Source of the DNA: Octopus vulgaris
Taxonomy: Eukaryota
Assembly (NCBI GenBank): GCA_951406725.2
Contig: OX597823.1
Coordinates: 64,542,001-64,606,000 of the forward strand
Direction of reading: 5' to 3'
DNA length: 64,000 bases
This document shows, one piece after another, positions 25,801-39,940 of this stretch (its first letter is position 1; every line of letters begins with the position of its first letter). Below the pieces are notes generated by a model. That model saw only the letters and a program-made list of their open reading frames with translations. It made no database searches and was not told the DNA's origin. A program made the position numbers and the translations under genes.

Positions 25801-26680
25801 TATAATAATAATAATAATGAAATTATTGTATACAGTGCTCAGGTGCACTACAACTTGTCAGAAAGTGCATATAAAGTACATGCAGTAATGTAGAAATGTC
25901 TGGAAAGTGAACATGCTTGTGTGTGTATGGAGGGGAGAAAATCAAGTGTAGTGTTGGCGAATCTCAGGAAGCATGGAAGTTTTGAAGGATGCAGTGCTCC
26001 GACAACTAACAACCGATGCCGGCAGTTTGTTCCATGCTTCAGCAACTCTCAGCATGAAAAAATGTTTCCTGAAGTCATGGGAGCTGTGCTGTTTTCTTAC
26101 TTTGTAAATATGTCCATGGGTGTTAGATGGGTGGAGTTTGAAGAGGTGCTCAGAGTTATTGTTTGTGCGATGGTTGATAATTTTATGGGTGTCTGCCAAG
26201 TCAGCTGCCAGACGTCGGAGTTTCAATGTGTCCATGCCCAGGGAAGTAAGGCGTTCAGGATATGGCAAATGCCTGATGGAGGGTATTCTTTTGGTTGCAT
26301 GTCACTGAACAGCTTCCAGACGATTGATATCCTGGGCAAGATAGGGGTTCCAGACCGGTGATGCAAATTTCAGGTGAGGTCTTACCATAGCTATATAAAG
26401 CTGCAGATAGATAGCCGGAGAGCGGCTCACAAAGGATTTGGTGAGTGATGCCAAGACACCCTCAACCTTTCTTGACAATTTTAGTGATGTGTTTTGTCCA
26501 ACGCAAATCACTGTCGACAATAACACCCAGGTCACGTTCACTTGAAGACTTTTTGAGACTAGTGTTGTGGAGGGAGTAGGTGGACGCTGGGTTTCTCCTC
26601 CCAAAATGCATGGTGGTACATTTGTCCACAGCCAGCTTGAGTTGCCAGTCCATGATCCACTGCTGCATTGTTAATTCGAT
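25801..26680 (-). mobile_element. CR1/L2-clade LINE 3' fragment
   Basis: KSSSERDLGVIVDSDLRW, VRPHLKFASPVWNPY..DINRLEAVQ, YPERL..LRRL..DL and FFMLRVAEAWNKLP motifs. An (ATT)n tail lies about 17 bp downstream of the exon donor. Confidence 0.9.
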
Positions 26681-26862
26681 TGATATAAATTTGATTGAGT
26701 AGATTGTTTGAGGTATTTTCATTTATGCATGGAAAGTAGAAGGTTGATAAAACTCACTACACAGTGCAATTTGTAGGGAACAAATTAATTGGCATGCCCT
26801 AATTGTGAGCAGAGAAATTTGGAAAAAGTCAAGCTGAAAGAAGCAAAGTTTTTTTTTTTAAA

Positions 26863-27261
26863 CTAGCAGTATAGCCCAGCGTTGCTTGGGCTTGTTTTCT
26901 TTTCAACCCTTTAGAATTGGAATTTTTGAAAAGTAAAAATTTTGCATTATGTAGCTTGTTATTCTCTTTAAGCGAACATTTTTCTGGTTGAAATACACCG
27001 TAAAATGGTGACACAGCAGTCAAAAAATTGTAAAAAAATAGGGATTTTCATAGAAAAAAAGCACCTTTTTGATGTAAATAATTTTTGGTGTTAACATGGT
27101 CCGATTTGAATTTTTTCTTCTATGGAAGGAAGAGCAAGCCTTCTTCTATCATACTCTCAATTTTGGTCAACTTGCACTGCAGGGTCTCGGAGGAGATAGT
27201 GTTAGTTGAAGGCTACCAAACCTGCCATACACAGACAACTTCAGCTTTATATAGAGAGAGA
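26863..27261 (-). mobile_element. Non-autonomous Helitron-like element
   Basis: Minus strand TC(tctctctatataaag)...cccaagcaacgctggg-ctatactg-CTAG, with the same terminus design as 1222-1617. Confidence 0.75.
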
Positions 27262-27529
27262 TAAAGCCTTAATTACTGAGACGTTCAATATAGGTGCAGG
27301 CAACAAGAGGATATCTATGAGTGTGGTGTAGGACCATTTGATGTGCTAGAAACGGCAGCCAAATCCGCCTCAAGTCAAATCGTTGCTGTCATAGAGAGAG
27401 AAGAACACACTTGGATGTTGTAGTCCTTGTGTTGGTAACGGTGGTGGTGGTGGCGTGACCTGCAGTTAAACAACAATGTCGTGAGCAACAACAGCAACAG
27501 CAACAACAACAGCAACTCCTCCTCCTCCT

Positions 27530-27570
<41 letters not shown>

Positions 27571-28189
27571 AGTATAGCAAGGTTAGATGAGCTGTAATAT
27601 TCAAATCAGGCAATAAACCATTGCCATGTTCATGGTCACTGTTAATTTGTGGTTATAGAATTTTAATATATATTGATTTCTAACATTGGCACAAGGTTAG
27701 AAATATTGGTGGTCAGTCATGTCTGTTCTGTTCTGTTCTGTCCTGCTGCCTGGTCAGTTAAGATTTTTTCCCCATTTTCCTTGCACTAGCTTACTACACT
27801 CATACAAGGTGTTTCATAAAAGCTTCAAGTTAAAAGTAACAGAATTCAGTACATAAAACTGTGACTGTCCAGTCCACAGGTCATTCACCAGTCTCAAAGA
27901 TGCTGTCATATAGCTTAGTGATATCTTTATCATCTCATTATTTGTTAGCATTACATCAACAGGAAGGTTGTTGACACCTACTGCTTTGCTGCTGGGAAGA
28001 TGTTTCTCTCATGTTGGCTTCCAGAATTTCTGGTAAGCAGCATGACATGTTACTGTCACTATTCAACTCATTACCAGACTAGGCACCCTAGCAGAGACAC
28101 TCATCATATTTCTTCTACATCTTCAGGGTGTCTTTCATTCTTGTCAGGACTTGGCCCTCCTCAGCCTTGATATTGCATTGGTAAAATTA

Positions 28190-28413
28190 TTCTTTTATTC
28201 TTTTACCATTTTACTTGTTTCAGTCATTTGACTGTGACCATGTTGGAGCACCACCTTTAGTCAAATCAAATCAACCCCAGGACTTATTCTTTATAAGCCT
28301 AGTACTTATTCTATTGGTCTCTTTTGCTGAACCGCTAAGTTACGGGGACGTAAACATACCAGCATCAGTTGTCAAGTGATGTTGGGGGGACAAACACAGA
28401 TACACAAACATAC

Positions 28414-28448
<35 letters not shown>

Positions 28449-28659
28449 CACACACACACATAAATATAATATATATATATATACACATATATACGACGGG
28501 CTTCTTTCAGTTTCCGTCTACCAAATCCACTCACAAGGCTTTGGTCAGCCTGAGGCTATAGTAGAAGACACTTGCCCAAGGTGTCACACAGTGGGACTGA
28601 ACCCAGAACCATGTGGTTGGTAAGCAAGCTACTTACCACACAGCCACTCCTATGCCTAT
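28190..28659 (-). mobile_element. SINE family A, full length
   Basis: Complete reverse-complement copy, in the left arm of an inverted duplication. Confidence 0.9.
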
Positions 28660-28983
28660 GATATAATAGCTTTTCTTTCTCATGTGCTGCAGCCACACAG
28701 TTCTTTGGATCCCTGATGTAGCTTTGAATTCCTGAGGATGTTCGCCTGTAAATAGATCGGAGGGTCTCAATCAGGGCTCTATGTTTTCCTTCGGAGGAGA
28801 ATGAGTAGACATACAAAGAGACTCCCATAGTAGTACGTAGAAAACCAAACCAGGTTAAGACAAAGCCACATGGTGGGAAAGACAATGAAGAGAGGCAGAA
28901 AAAAAGGCCTTCAACATAGCTTCAGTGTCATAACAGAAAAATAAAAATTAGAAGAATTTGCCATTTTACAAAAGCAACATCAA

Positions 28984-29397
28984 GGCATAGGAGTCGCTGT
29001 GTGGTAAGTAGCTTGTTTACGAACCACATGGTTCCGGGTTTGGCCCTACTGCGTGGCACCTCGGGAAAATATCTTCTACTATAGCCTCGGCCTGACCAAA
29101 GCCTTGTGAGTGGATTTGGTAGACGGAAACTGAAAGAAGCCCGTTGTATATATGTTTATATATATGTGTGTGTATATGTTGTGTATCTGTGTTTATCCCC
29201 CTAACATCACTTGACAACTGATGCTGGTGTGTTTATGTCCTTGTAACTTAGTAGTTTGGCAAAAGAGGCCGATAGAATAAGTACTAGGCTTACAAAGAAT
29301 AAGTCCTTGGGTCGATTTGATTTGACAAAAGGTGTTGCTCCCACATGGCCGCAGTCAAATGACTGAAACAAGTAAAAGAATAAAAGAATAAAAGAAT
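28984..29397 (+). mobile_element. SINE family A, full length
   Basis: Complete copy, in the right arm of the inverted duplication. Confidence 0.9.
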
Positions 29398-29914
29398 AAT
29401 TTTACCAATGCAACATCAAGGCTGAGGAGGGCCAAGTCCTGACAGGAATGAAAGACACCCTGAAGATGTAGAAGAAATATGATGAAGGTTCTTACTCTGG
29501 TAATGAGTTGAATAGTGACAGTAACATGTAACACTGCTTACCAGAAATTCTGGAAGCCAACATGAGAGAACCATCTTCCCAGCAGCAAAGCAGTAGGTGT
29601 CAACAACCTTCCTGTTGATGTAATGCTAACAAATAATGAGATGATAAAGATTTCTCTAAGCTATATGACAACATCTTTGAGACTGGTGAATGACCTGTGG
29701 ACTGGACACTCACAGTTTTATGTACTAAATTCTATTACTTTTAATTTAAAGCTTTTATGAAAGACTTTGATGGAAATTTTGAAAATGAAATTACAATGCC
29801 ATGTACAGAACTCATACATTTAAGCAATACATAGTTTTAGTATTTAAATACTGCAATAAAACTTTGACTGTGAGTAACTTATGATGATTGTTAATCCGTT
29901 ACTGTAGATATCTG

Positions 29915-30134
29915 GGGGAGTGGCTGTGTGGTAAGTAGCTTGCTTACCAACCACATGGTTTGACTAAAGGCGGCCACAGTCAAATAACTGAAACAAGTGA
30001 AAGAATAAAAGTATAATTTGACCAATGTTCAGTCCCACTATGTGGAACCTTGGGCAAGTGTCTTCTACTATAGCCTCAGGCCAACCAAAGCCTTGTGAAT
30101 GGATTTGGTAGACGGAAACTGAAAGAAGCCCGTC

Positions 30135-30194
<60 letters not shown>

Positions 30195-30425
30195 GTGTGT
30201 GTGTATGTTTGTGTGTCTGTGTTTGTCCCCCTAACATCACTTGACAACTGATCATGGTGTGTTTATGTCCCAGTAACTTAGTGGTTCAGCAAAAGAGACC
30301 GATAGAATAAGTACTAGGCATCCAAAAGAATAAGTCCTGGGGTCGATTTGCTCGACTAAAGGTGTTGCTCCAGCATGGCCACAGTCAAATGACTGAAACA
30401 AGTAAAAGAGCAAAGAGTAAAGAGT
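29915..30425 (+). mobile_element. SINE family A with an inserted tail fragment
   Basis: Head interrupted at about 29960-30026 by a SINE 3'-end piece. Confidence 0.85.
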
Positions 30426-31459
30426 ATCTAATAACTGTTGCTTCATTTGATACAAACTACATTATCCTGTCTTGCCTTGCTTTGCTTTGCTTATTACTTA
30501 GGCATCAGTTACGAGTTTGCTGCATTCTGGATGAATTACTTTAAAAAGACGTTGATAGTCTTCAGTTTTACAGGAAATGTTGATTCACTCAGATAATGTC
30601 GTTCAGGAAATCGTTCATGTTGAGCTTCATAGAAACATGCAAAGAACTAGACAGACATTGGCACAAACATGGCAGTGTGGTTATGAAGTTTTCTTTGCAA
30701 CAGCATGGTTTTATGTTCAGTCCCACTCCAGGGTACCTTGGGTGAGTGAGTTTTATTATAGCTCTGAGTTGATCAGTGCCTCGAATGTGAATGTGTGTGT
30801 ATGTGTGTAATTAATATGTCGTTATATTTGTGATTGTTTCTCTCTTAGTGTTTGATGACTAGTGTTGGTTTATTTATGTCCCTGTAACTCAGTGCTTCAA
30901 GCAGAAATGAAACTGATAGAATAAGCACCAGACTTAAAAATGAAGAAATATAAGTACTGGGTTTGATAAGATTAACTGAACTTTTCAAAGAGATGCTTCC
31001 ATATGTTCAGAGTCTGATAAATGAAACCATTAAAAGCATAAATGAAAATAGAACTTAAAATACAATTTTACTCAAAACTTTTTAGTTTTTCCAAGAAAAA
31101 AAGAGCAAAACTTTTCTTTACTTTCAAAATACTGTACTAATTAACAAAGTTACTCTAAATAAATTATTTTGCTAATCAGTAATTTTTTTCCAATGCTTAT
31201 TTCAGTGTTTTGAAAGATACAATATTCATAGCTTATCTACAAGTAAATGAAATATCAGAAAAAATAATATCTAATGAACTTCTTGAAAATAATAATAGCT
31301 AATGAACTTCTTGAAAAATGCACCCGCTGCAATATTTCAGCTACCCTGGGGTAACATTCTGGTTTACAACTTGGATATGCAAACCTTCACTTATATCTTT
31401 TGTTCCTCATTTTGGCACAAGGCCATAAATTCTGAGACGAGAGGGTTACTTGATACATA

Positions 31460-32085
31460 TTTCTTTACTACCCACAAGGGGCTAAACACAGAGGGGACAA
31501 GCAAGAACTGACACATGGATTAAGTCAATTACATCGACCCCAGTGCGTAACTGGTACTTAATTTACTGATCCCAAAAGGATTAAAGGCAAAGTCGACCTC
31601 GGCGGAATTTGAACTCAGAACGTAATAGCAGACAAAATACAGCTATGCATTTCGCTCGGTGTGCTAATGTTTCTGCCAGCTCGCCACCTTAAGTTAGTTG
31701 ATACCACTGACCTCAGCACTTGACTGGTATGGTATGTTATCAATCCTGGAGGGATGGAAGAATCTCTGCAGGATTCAAACTCAGAATATAAAAAGCAGGA
31801 AGAAATACCACAAGGCATTTTTTCTCCCATCACTCTAATGATTATGCCCATTGGCAGCATTTTATATACTGGTTTCAAATTTCGGCACAAGTCCAACAGT
31901 TTTAAGGGAAGGGGAAAGTTGATTACATTGATCCCAATGCTCAACTGGTATTTATTTCATCAACCCTGGAAGGAAGAAGAGCAAAGCTGAATACGGCAGA
32001 ATTTTAACCCATTACATAAAGATGGATGATATGCTGCTTAGCATTTTTCCTGGTGTGTTAATGATTCTGCTAGCTTGCTGCCTTG
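31460..32085 (-). mobile_element. Cluster of about 3 SINE family B copies
   Basis: Repeated accccagtgc.taactggtactta...aaagtcgacctcggcggaatttgaactcag motifs. Confidence 0.8.
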
Positions 32086-32549
32086 GCTTTTTATATACTA
32101 ACAAAACAAAAAAAAAGAAAAAAATATTACTCACTGATGTTTCTTTTATGGAAGACCTTGATAGAGAACTTCACTCTCATATTCTGACAGCTGTCAAGAT
32201 GCCTTATAACTGTAAAGTCTTCCATATTAATGAACTACATAACTGTAATGCATATATGCAACAAATGAAAGCTACTGTATCATGTAAAACTTGTTATATT
32301 TCTATGTTTTTTCACTGAAGCGGTTTATTCAGACCGATGAGATTTTTTTTTTGGTAATGGTGAAACCAACATCTGTTATGCAGTAGAATTAATCAACCAA
32401 ATAGCCAGGCCCCATTAATGATTAACTGCCAAAGGCTGTTTATAGTCTTAGATGGCAGCAGACATTGACTTTTTAATTCTTGATTCAGAAGGATGTCTAA
32501 CATTTTCCTATCAATAATATAGTATTTAATTTTTTTAATTTTTCTATTA

Positions 32550-32890
32550 TTTGCATGGGATGTTATTGCAAAAGCAATCATTGCGTCTGAACTTACAGCA
32601 CACTGGGAGGACAGACACGACGTTTCTCACCATCTGAAAAAGAACATTAAAAAAAAAAAAGGCAAATATCAGAACTTAGTCAACGAGACCCTTATCAAAG
32701 GATAGCAGTTTCATTCCTTACTGAAGTTAGCTGCATTATTGTATTATGTTATTTTCTGCAGAAGATATCTCTGGAACTGAGACAAATGAAGAAAGCCACC
32801 AAGAAGCTAGACATAGAAGCTGAAAGCAGCTCAAAGTGGCTGTGGATGACAAAAGACCCCAGGTGGAACCTTTCTGTAGGTGAAGACTAA
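32550..32890 (+). mobile_element. HERO/NeSL-type (restriction-like endonuclease) LINE relic
   Basis: WDVIAKAIIASELTAHWEDR...KGKYQNLV...KKATKKLDIEAESSSKWLW resembles the ELTVPWE...KY..LV...AE.SS.WLW C-terminus of RLE-type elements. Confidence 0.6.
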
Positions 32891-33185
32891 TTAAGTCCTT
32901 CTTACTCTACTCAGATGAAGCATACAGCCTCAAGGGCTGAATGTTTGTGACACTTAGGAACTTGCTGATGATGTCAAAGTGATTCCAGTAATGCAATGGA
33001 TTCAGAAGAACCTGCAATACATCTGTGGAGCTCTTGCTATTTCTGTGTGAGGCAAAGCATCTGCAAAGCTTGTTTCACCTTATTTTCCTGACTGTCTCCA
33101 TTTTGTAGTCCAATTTAATTTGTTTACTTTTCCATGAAACAGTAATTATTTGTTGCTGATTGTAAGTGATAGACTGGATGTTTAA

Positions 33186-33406
33186 CCCTTTAGCATTCAG
33201 ATTAATTTGTCAAAAGTAATCCTTATTTATTCACATTTAAAAAAATTTATCTGATATTATTTTGTAGCTTCAAGATAGGAAAGATGTAATTGCTTATTTT
33301 TAAAATGACATTGCAGGGTAGGTGTGAGATGCTGGTTCTAGCCAGTTTGAGCATAAATTGTGTAGAATATTTGGGCTGGATACAGCTGGTTTAAACACTA
33401 AAGTAT
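33186..33406. mobile_element. TTAA-flanked MITE (piggyBac-like, related family)
   Basis: ttaa-ccctttagca ... cactaaagta-ttaa. Confidence 0.5.
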
Positions 33407-33869
33407 TAAATCTAGTTAAAGTTTACTGTTCTGTATTTTATTCATAGCAAGAGATTTTCTCCCGTCAGTTTGCACCAGTAAACTCAACTACAAATACACT
33501 CATGCACACTCGTTCACATATGTTATATGCTTACACTCACACACACACATTCCTACACAATCCAATACAAGAAAGCAAATGTAAAAGGATGATGATGATG
33601 ATGACAATGATGACAATGACGATGAGGATGATAATAATGATACACACATACACACACGCACACAGGCACACACACACAATATGATGGCTTCATGCACACT
33701 TTCTACTTGATAGCTCTCCACTTAATAATAAGGTATTTATCAAAGCCAGGCTATGGTAGAAGCCACTTACCTGAAGCATTACAGAATGGCATTAAGCAAA
33801 AATAAAAACTACACGATTAGGAAACTAGATCCTTTACCAAAAAGCCTCACCTGTATCTGCATTCAAATC

Positions 33870-35400
33870 ACCATCAGCTCGCAGGATGCATGGCTGCTCT
33901 TAAATACAAAGATCCTCCCTGGTGACCCTCCCTTAGTAAGTAGAAAGGTTGACAACTCACAAATCCCTTCAGGTAAATAGCCCTGCTCGATCTGTAGAAA
34001 AAGTGTAGGTAGTAACTCTGTAAGATGTACCCGGTGTAAGCTTTGGCCTCATAAATAGTGCAGTAATATCAGAGGAAGGTTAACAGAGAAAATAGCTTTT
34101 GTGTTTGGTAGAAGCACAAATACAATAAACACTGAAAATGTGCAGAAAATAGACTCCATCATCTGTTGTAGAGGTAAGCTAGAGGTAGTAGACAGCTTCT
34201 GTTACCTAGGTGTTCAAGTCAGTACCAGAGGTGGATGTTCCAAAAGCATAGCTGTCAGAATAAGATTAGGCTGGGCAAAGTTTAGAGAGCTCCTGCCTCT
34301 GCTGACAACAAAGGGCCTCTCTCTCAGAGTGAATGGCAGATTTTATGATGACTGTGTGTGAACAGCTATGCTACATAGCAGTGAAATATGGGCTGTGACA
34401 GCTGATGGCATGCGTAGGCTTGAAAGAAATGAAGCCAGTATGTTTCGCTGGATGTGCAATGTCAGTGTACATGTTTGACAGAGTGTAAGCATCTTTAGAG
34501 AAAAGTTAAGCAGAAGAGGCATCAGATGTGGTGTGCAAGAGAGACAAATGCATTGGTATGGTCATGTGATGCATATGGATGAGGGCATCTGTGTAAAGAA
34601 GTGCTGATCCCTAACTGTGGAAGGAACTTGTGGTAGAGGTAGACGAAGGAAGACATGGGATGAGGTGGTGAAGCATGATCTCCAAACTTTGGGCCTCACA
34701 GAGGCAATGACTAGTGACTGAGACCTTTGGCAATATGCTGTGCATGAAAAGACACATCAAGCCAAGTGAAAACAGAGTCTTGGCTGATGCTGGTGTCACG
34801 TAACCAGCCCCCATGCATGTGGAAGGTAAAATGCACTTTTCAAGCATTGAGCCTCATGGAGGCAACGTGGTTGAGCTCCTTTTGAGCGTTGGGCCTCACA
34901 TAGGCAATGACTGAGACATTTGGCATTATGTTCTGCTTGAGAAGATCCACCGAGCCAAGTAAAATGGCAGTCATGGCAAATATCAGTGTCATGCGAATAA
35001 CACCCATGCTGGTGGCACGTAAAAGCACCTTTCGAGCATTGGGCCTCATGGAGGCAAGGACCGAGACCATTTGATAGTATGCTGTCCTTCAAGTGTTGGG
35101 CCTCATAGAGGCCCTGACTGAGTCCATTTGACATTATACTGTGCTTGAGAAGAAGACCCATCATGCCAAGTAAAACCACAATTGTGGCAGATACTGGTGT
35201 TCTGCAAATGGCTCTTATGCTGGTGTCACATAAAAGCACCCATTACACTCTTGGAGTGGTTGGCATTTGGAAGGGCATCCAGCTGTAGAAACCATGCCAA
35301 AACAGACTGGAGTCTGGTGTAGCCTTCCAGGTTGCCAACCCTGGTCAAAGCATCCAATCCATGCCAGCATGGACAGCAGATGTTAAATGATGATGATGAT
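33870..35400 (+). mobile_element. Degenerate 5'-truncated RTE LINE with repeated 3' segments
   Basis: KLEVVDSFCYLG..RIRLGWAKFRELLPLL is homologous to 47520-47700. The motif gggcctca..gaggcaa recurs several times in 34690-35130. (GAT)n tail at about 35390. Confidence 0.85.
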
Positions 35401-36179
35401 ACAGTGTACTCTATTGAAGGAATGAATGAAACAACAAACACACTTGTATTACACAAAGAACACCAACGTCCATTTATGTGTTCTGCATTAAAGGACACCT
35501 GGATTTGAAAGCAGCATCCTTTAAGAATAATTGCAAAAGCTGGAAATATACAGAAGTATATTGAAGTGAAGGTTTCTGTTAAAGCTTTCAATAATAACAT
35601 TGGCAAATTACATATTAAAGAAACAGAATGGAATAGGTTTCTGTAACTGCAGGTTAAAAGTGCTGGGAATTTCTTGACTGTTGGAAGCTTATTGCAAGAG
35701 TTTAACACAGCAGCCCATCCATCTCAGCATTTCTATTTCTTTTATGCTAGTGTTTGAGCTGTTTGCTATCCAGCTCACATTTCTAATTCACATTTCAGAT
35801 TAGGGCCTGTTAAATTTGACATCTTGAACAAATATAATAATTTTTTTCCCAGGCTTTGTATCAATGCATCTCAGAAGGACACTTAATCTTACATACTCAA
35901 GATTCCTAGCTGTCAATGACAATAGATGTGTATGCCATATTTGCTAGTATTCAAATGATGGATCAGGGCAGTTATAGGGAGTGCTTTATTGAAGCAGCAG
36001 TTCTCTACAAATGAATTATCTTGAAAAATGAGAAACCAAATGGATACAGATGTTCTTCAAATGTTTAAATTTTGGATTAGTTTTCTTATGGTAAAGTATA
36101 AAACAAAACCTACAAGTCTGATTATAAATTTTATATCAACATTGGAGTGAAATGGGGAGCAGAGTGCTGGGTTAAGAGT

Positions 36180-36755
36180 GAAAAATTACCTCCCTGAGTC
36201 ATGCTGACTCACAAGGGCCAATTTCCTGGTTTCCATCATGTATAAATTCTCCACCTGCATGGCACACCAGTCCGCCACAGGATTACTAATTCATGTTGCA
36301 GGTCCAGGAATTGAAACCACAATCTTACGACCATGGTCTAACACCCTAAACACTAAGCCATGTGCCTCCACAGTGTGTTTGGTAATATGTCTTTGTATAT
36401 TTGGTTATGTTCTTTTATGTTCTGAATTAATGTTTCACCCTGGTTGACTTAGCTTTTCTTTCATGCAAAATTAATAAAACAAAATTTCCAGTTCAGTCAA
36501 GAATTGTAAAGCAAATTAAGTAGTCTTGAATCCTGGGTGTCACAGGGACCATTACTTAGTTTCCATGGCGTATAAATAACTGAGTTCACAACATTTTCCC
36601 TCAACTGGACACTTGTTTACAACTGGGTGGACTGGAGCGATGTGAAATGAAGTGTTTTGCTCAAGAATGCAAGGGACCACTAAGTCCTGTAATTGAAACC
36701 ATGAGTTTGTGACTGTGATTGCAACACCCTAACCACTAGACCATCCACCTTCACA
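36180..36755 (-). mobile_element. Two tRNA-headed SINE copies related to family C
   Basis: Minus strand gtggaggcacatggcttagtgtttagggtgtt...ggtttcaattcctgg. A similar head occurs at about 20090-20178. Confidence 0.6.
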
Positions 36756-36848
36756 GTAATGTATTGAGGTTGATATATGATTAACTGTACTGTTGAAGGA
36801 AGTGCTCCATCATGACTACAAGAAACACTGCCATCACTACCACTGAGG

Positions 36849-37264
36849 CTGGTGGATTAACCATTAAGCAAAATAAGCACCTGCTTAGGGCATCAAGGAA
36901 AGTAGGGGGCACCACAGAAATGGTAAATGGTTTATGGCACAAAAGAAATAATTTTAAACTTGCTAAAATAACATTTAGGATGTCTTTATCTCTACTAAGT
37001 ATAGATGTAGATATGTTACCTAAGATTAATTTTGAAGATCTAATCAAAGACTTTGCAATTCGAAAAAGTAGGAGGAAGCTTTTCAAATATAAATAAAATG
37101 GAAGTATAAAAAATAAATTCCCTCTTACTGTTTTGTTTCATTTTGAAAAATAAAAATTTATTTTATGCTTTGTTATTATTTATATTTTGAATTACATAAT
37201 CTTTTATGGGGGCACCAAAATCTTTTAAGTGCTTAGGGTCCTGATGGGTCTTAATCCAACCCTG
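36849..37264. mobile_element. Probable hAT-type MITE
   Basis: Ends ggtggattaa / ttaatccaaccctg; internal gcttaggg and gggggcacca repeats. Confidence 0.5.
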
Positions 37265-38239
37265 CTGGTCAGACAGCAAAAATTGCACTATTTTGATGAC
37301 ATTATCTGGGTACAAAAGCATTTATACTAGGGGCATATATTCTGGGTGTGTTATGAGTGCTCCACACACCTATCGAAAATGGTAAATTCATCATAAATGT
37401 TAACCTTACTCATTAATTTAATCACAAATCTTAATGGAAAACTTTTGTTATATCCCTGCTTAAAATTTGGTGGCACTGTTTTGTGCCCAAATTCTTGAGG
37501 GCTAAAAGAATGGAAAATGAGGTCCCAAAAAGAAATGTAAATTTAATTTGCACTATATTGTTTAGTAATAAACTTGGAACCCTGGCACAATGACATACTA
37601 TATATATAGCAAATTATACTGAATATGAAACCGCATGATATGGGAATTCCAACATGCCAGTCAGTAACCCAAATATAACCAAAACAGAGCTGTAGTGTAT
37701 AGCTGAATTTATTGTGGAAACATTTATAAGAGCGTTAAGTAAATTCACTGTTTGTGTATTACTATTGTTATTAGATTGTGGTATTGGATTATCTAGAGTC
37801 CTATCATATCTAGTGGTTTGCAAATTTTGAAATATACGGTTATTATAATTTTGTTGAGATTCAGTTAATGTTTATAGCATTGTTGTATATTCTCATAATG
37901 CTACCTCTTGAACTAGTTTTATATTGAGTATTATTTGGTGCTTCTATGACTGTTCTGTATTTCTATACTAGTATTACTATTATTTGAGTGTGGCCATTGC
38001 CAGTACCGCCTGACTGGCCCTCGTGTGCTGGTGAAATGTAAAAGCACCCACTACACTCTCGAAGTGGTTGGCATTAGGAAGGGTATCAGATCAGATTAGA
38101 GTCTGGTGCAGCCATCTGGTTCACCAGACCTCATTCAAATCGTCCAACCCATGCTAGCATGGAAAGCAGATGTTAAACGATGATGATGATGATGATGATG
38201 ATGATGATATATTTATATTTATTAAGTTTTTGTCTATTA

Positions 38240-39940
38240 GAGCTGGCGATAATTGATCCTATGTTTGGCAATGTGGAAAAAGAAATTTTAATTGTTGATC
38301 TATTAAATTTATGATGCAAGAATATAGGCTTTATCAGGAATAGTTCAAGAAGACAGTAATCTTTGTATTATATTTGATAAAAATATTAATGATAGCAGAA
38401 ACAAGCGGCTCAAATATTCTGAGAAAGCCTTGGCAATTATATGGTGCACTAAAAGAACTTTGTATTTTCTGCTTGAGGACAAATTTATATTGGAGTCAGG
38501 TCAAAAGTTACCAGAATTTACTTCCAGCAACAATTTTGGTTTATCAAAATTAACATCTGAATGTATCATAAAGAGGCTTTACAAAGAACATCATTTGATT
38601 ACAAAATATTTTATGTAAAGTGATCTGAAATACCACATACTAATGCATGCGTTGGTGTGAATTTATTAATTTTGGTTCATATAATTGTAACTATAATGAT
38701 GATGATGATAATTTTCTTTCTGTCCATCTCTTTTAAAAACTGTTATGAAATATGAAAAGATATATAAAATTGAAAACTACTAGAGATAATATTTTATCTG
38801 GCACATTGAAAAGAATTTTTAATAACAACTGAACCAATTGTTTTGTTGTTGAAAGACTATTTGCACTATTGAAAAATAAGTTGGATGCTGAAGGTGGCAT
38901 CTTATGTAATGGAGAAATACATGTTCTACTAACCTGATTGAGTACATTCATAAAATCTGTGTATGTGATGTGCATTGTGTATCAGATGCAACAAGGAATT
39001 GATTGAAATTAAAAGCATTGTGGTGAGATTGCTGTAAAGATGTGGAATGATATGTAAGATTCTAATGTGTTTAGAATAAAACCAATGTTATCTCCTTTAG
39101 AGCACAAACAACCTGAAAAAATACAAAACAGTTGGGTATATGTGCATATAAATCATGCTTTATGCGAAGAATTTAGGACTATTCTCACTTATTGATGCAT
39201 ATTCTAGGTGGCTAGAAGCAATAAGAGTTATGAATAAGGAAGCAAAAAAGTTAAAGAGATTTTAAGAAATGTGTCCTGCGGAATTGGTGTATTGGAAACA
39301 TTAATTTTTGACAATGCCTGGGAATTTCATATTAGCTTATGTACATAGTTTAATAAGATTATATGACTCCATGAAAACATCTCCATAACATTCAGAATCA
39401 AAGGGAATTGCTGACAGAACGGTCACAAGTGTTAAAATGGGATTAGAGCATATTTATCAAATAAAGGTTTTATTAATGCGTATTTGAGCTGCATGCTTCT
39501 GAGTTATTGGAAAATCCCTCACTTAGGAAGACATCTTAGTCCATCTGCTTTGATGGGCATACAATAGCGATCACTAATAACAATGTCTTATGAAACTGCA
39601 GCTCAATTTTGGTATCGATGCAGAAGAAATGATGAGCCATAACAAGCAGGATTTATATCTCAAGCAGGTAATAATGTGGCCGTAATTGTTAAGGGTGAAC
39701 AGGGTATGCTGGTTCGTTCAGATCAAATAAACAACAATGACACAAATATTGATTGTGAACAAAATGTAGAATCGGTCCCTGCAGCTTTAAATAATAATCT
39801 GGATTCTATGAATAATTGTTATTTGATAACTGAAACAGGAGCAAAGATTGCAGATGGTATTAGATGCAGTTCTCAAATAATGAAAGGAATTAAACCAGTT
39901 CATTTCCCTGGAGATGTGGTTTTGTTATTATGCTAATAAT
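38240..39940 (+). mobile_element. Decayed Ty3/Gypsy-like LTR element (integrase relic)
   Basis: WVYVHINHA..IDAYSRWLEAI (about 39134-39225), LETLIFDNAWEF and HSESKGIADRTVTSVK resemble an rve integrase core. LTRs were not resolved. Confidence 0.6.

Larger units (their letters stand above)
27801..29772. repeat. About 2-kb inverted duplication (arms about 800-870 bp, spacer about 300 bp)
   Basis: Unique sequence 27801-28190 plus a SINE is mirrored at 28970-29772. Confidence 0.9.
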
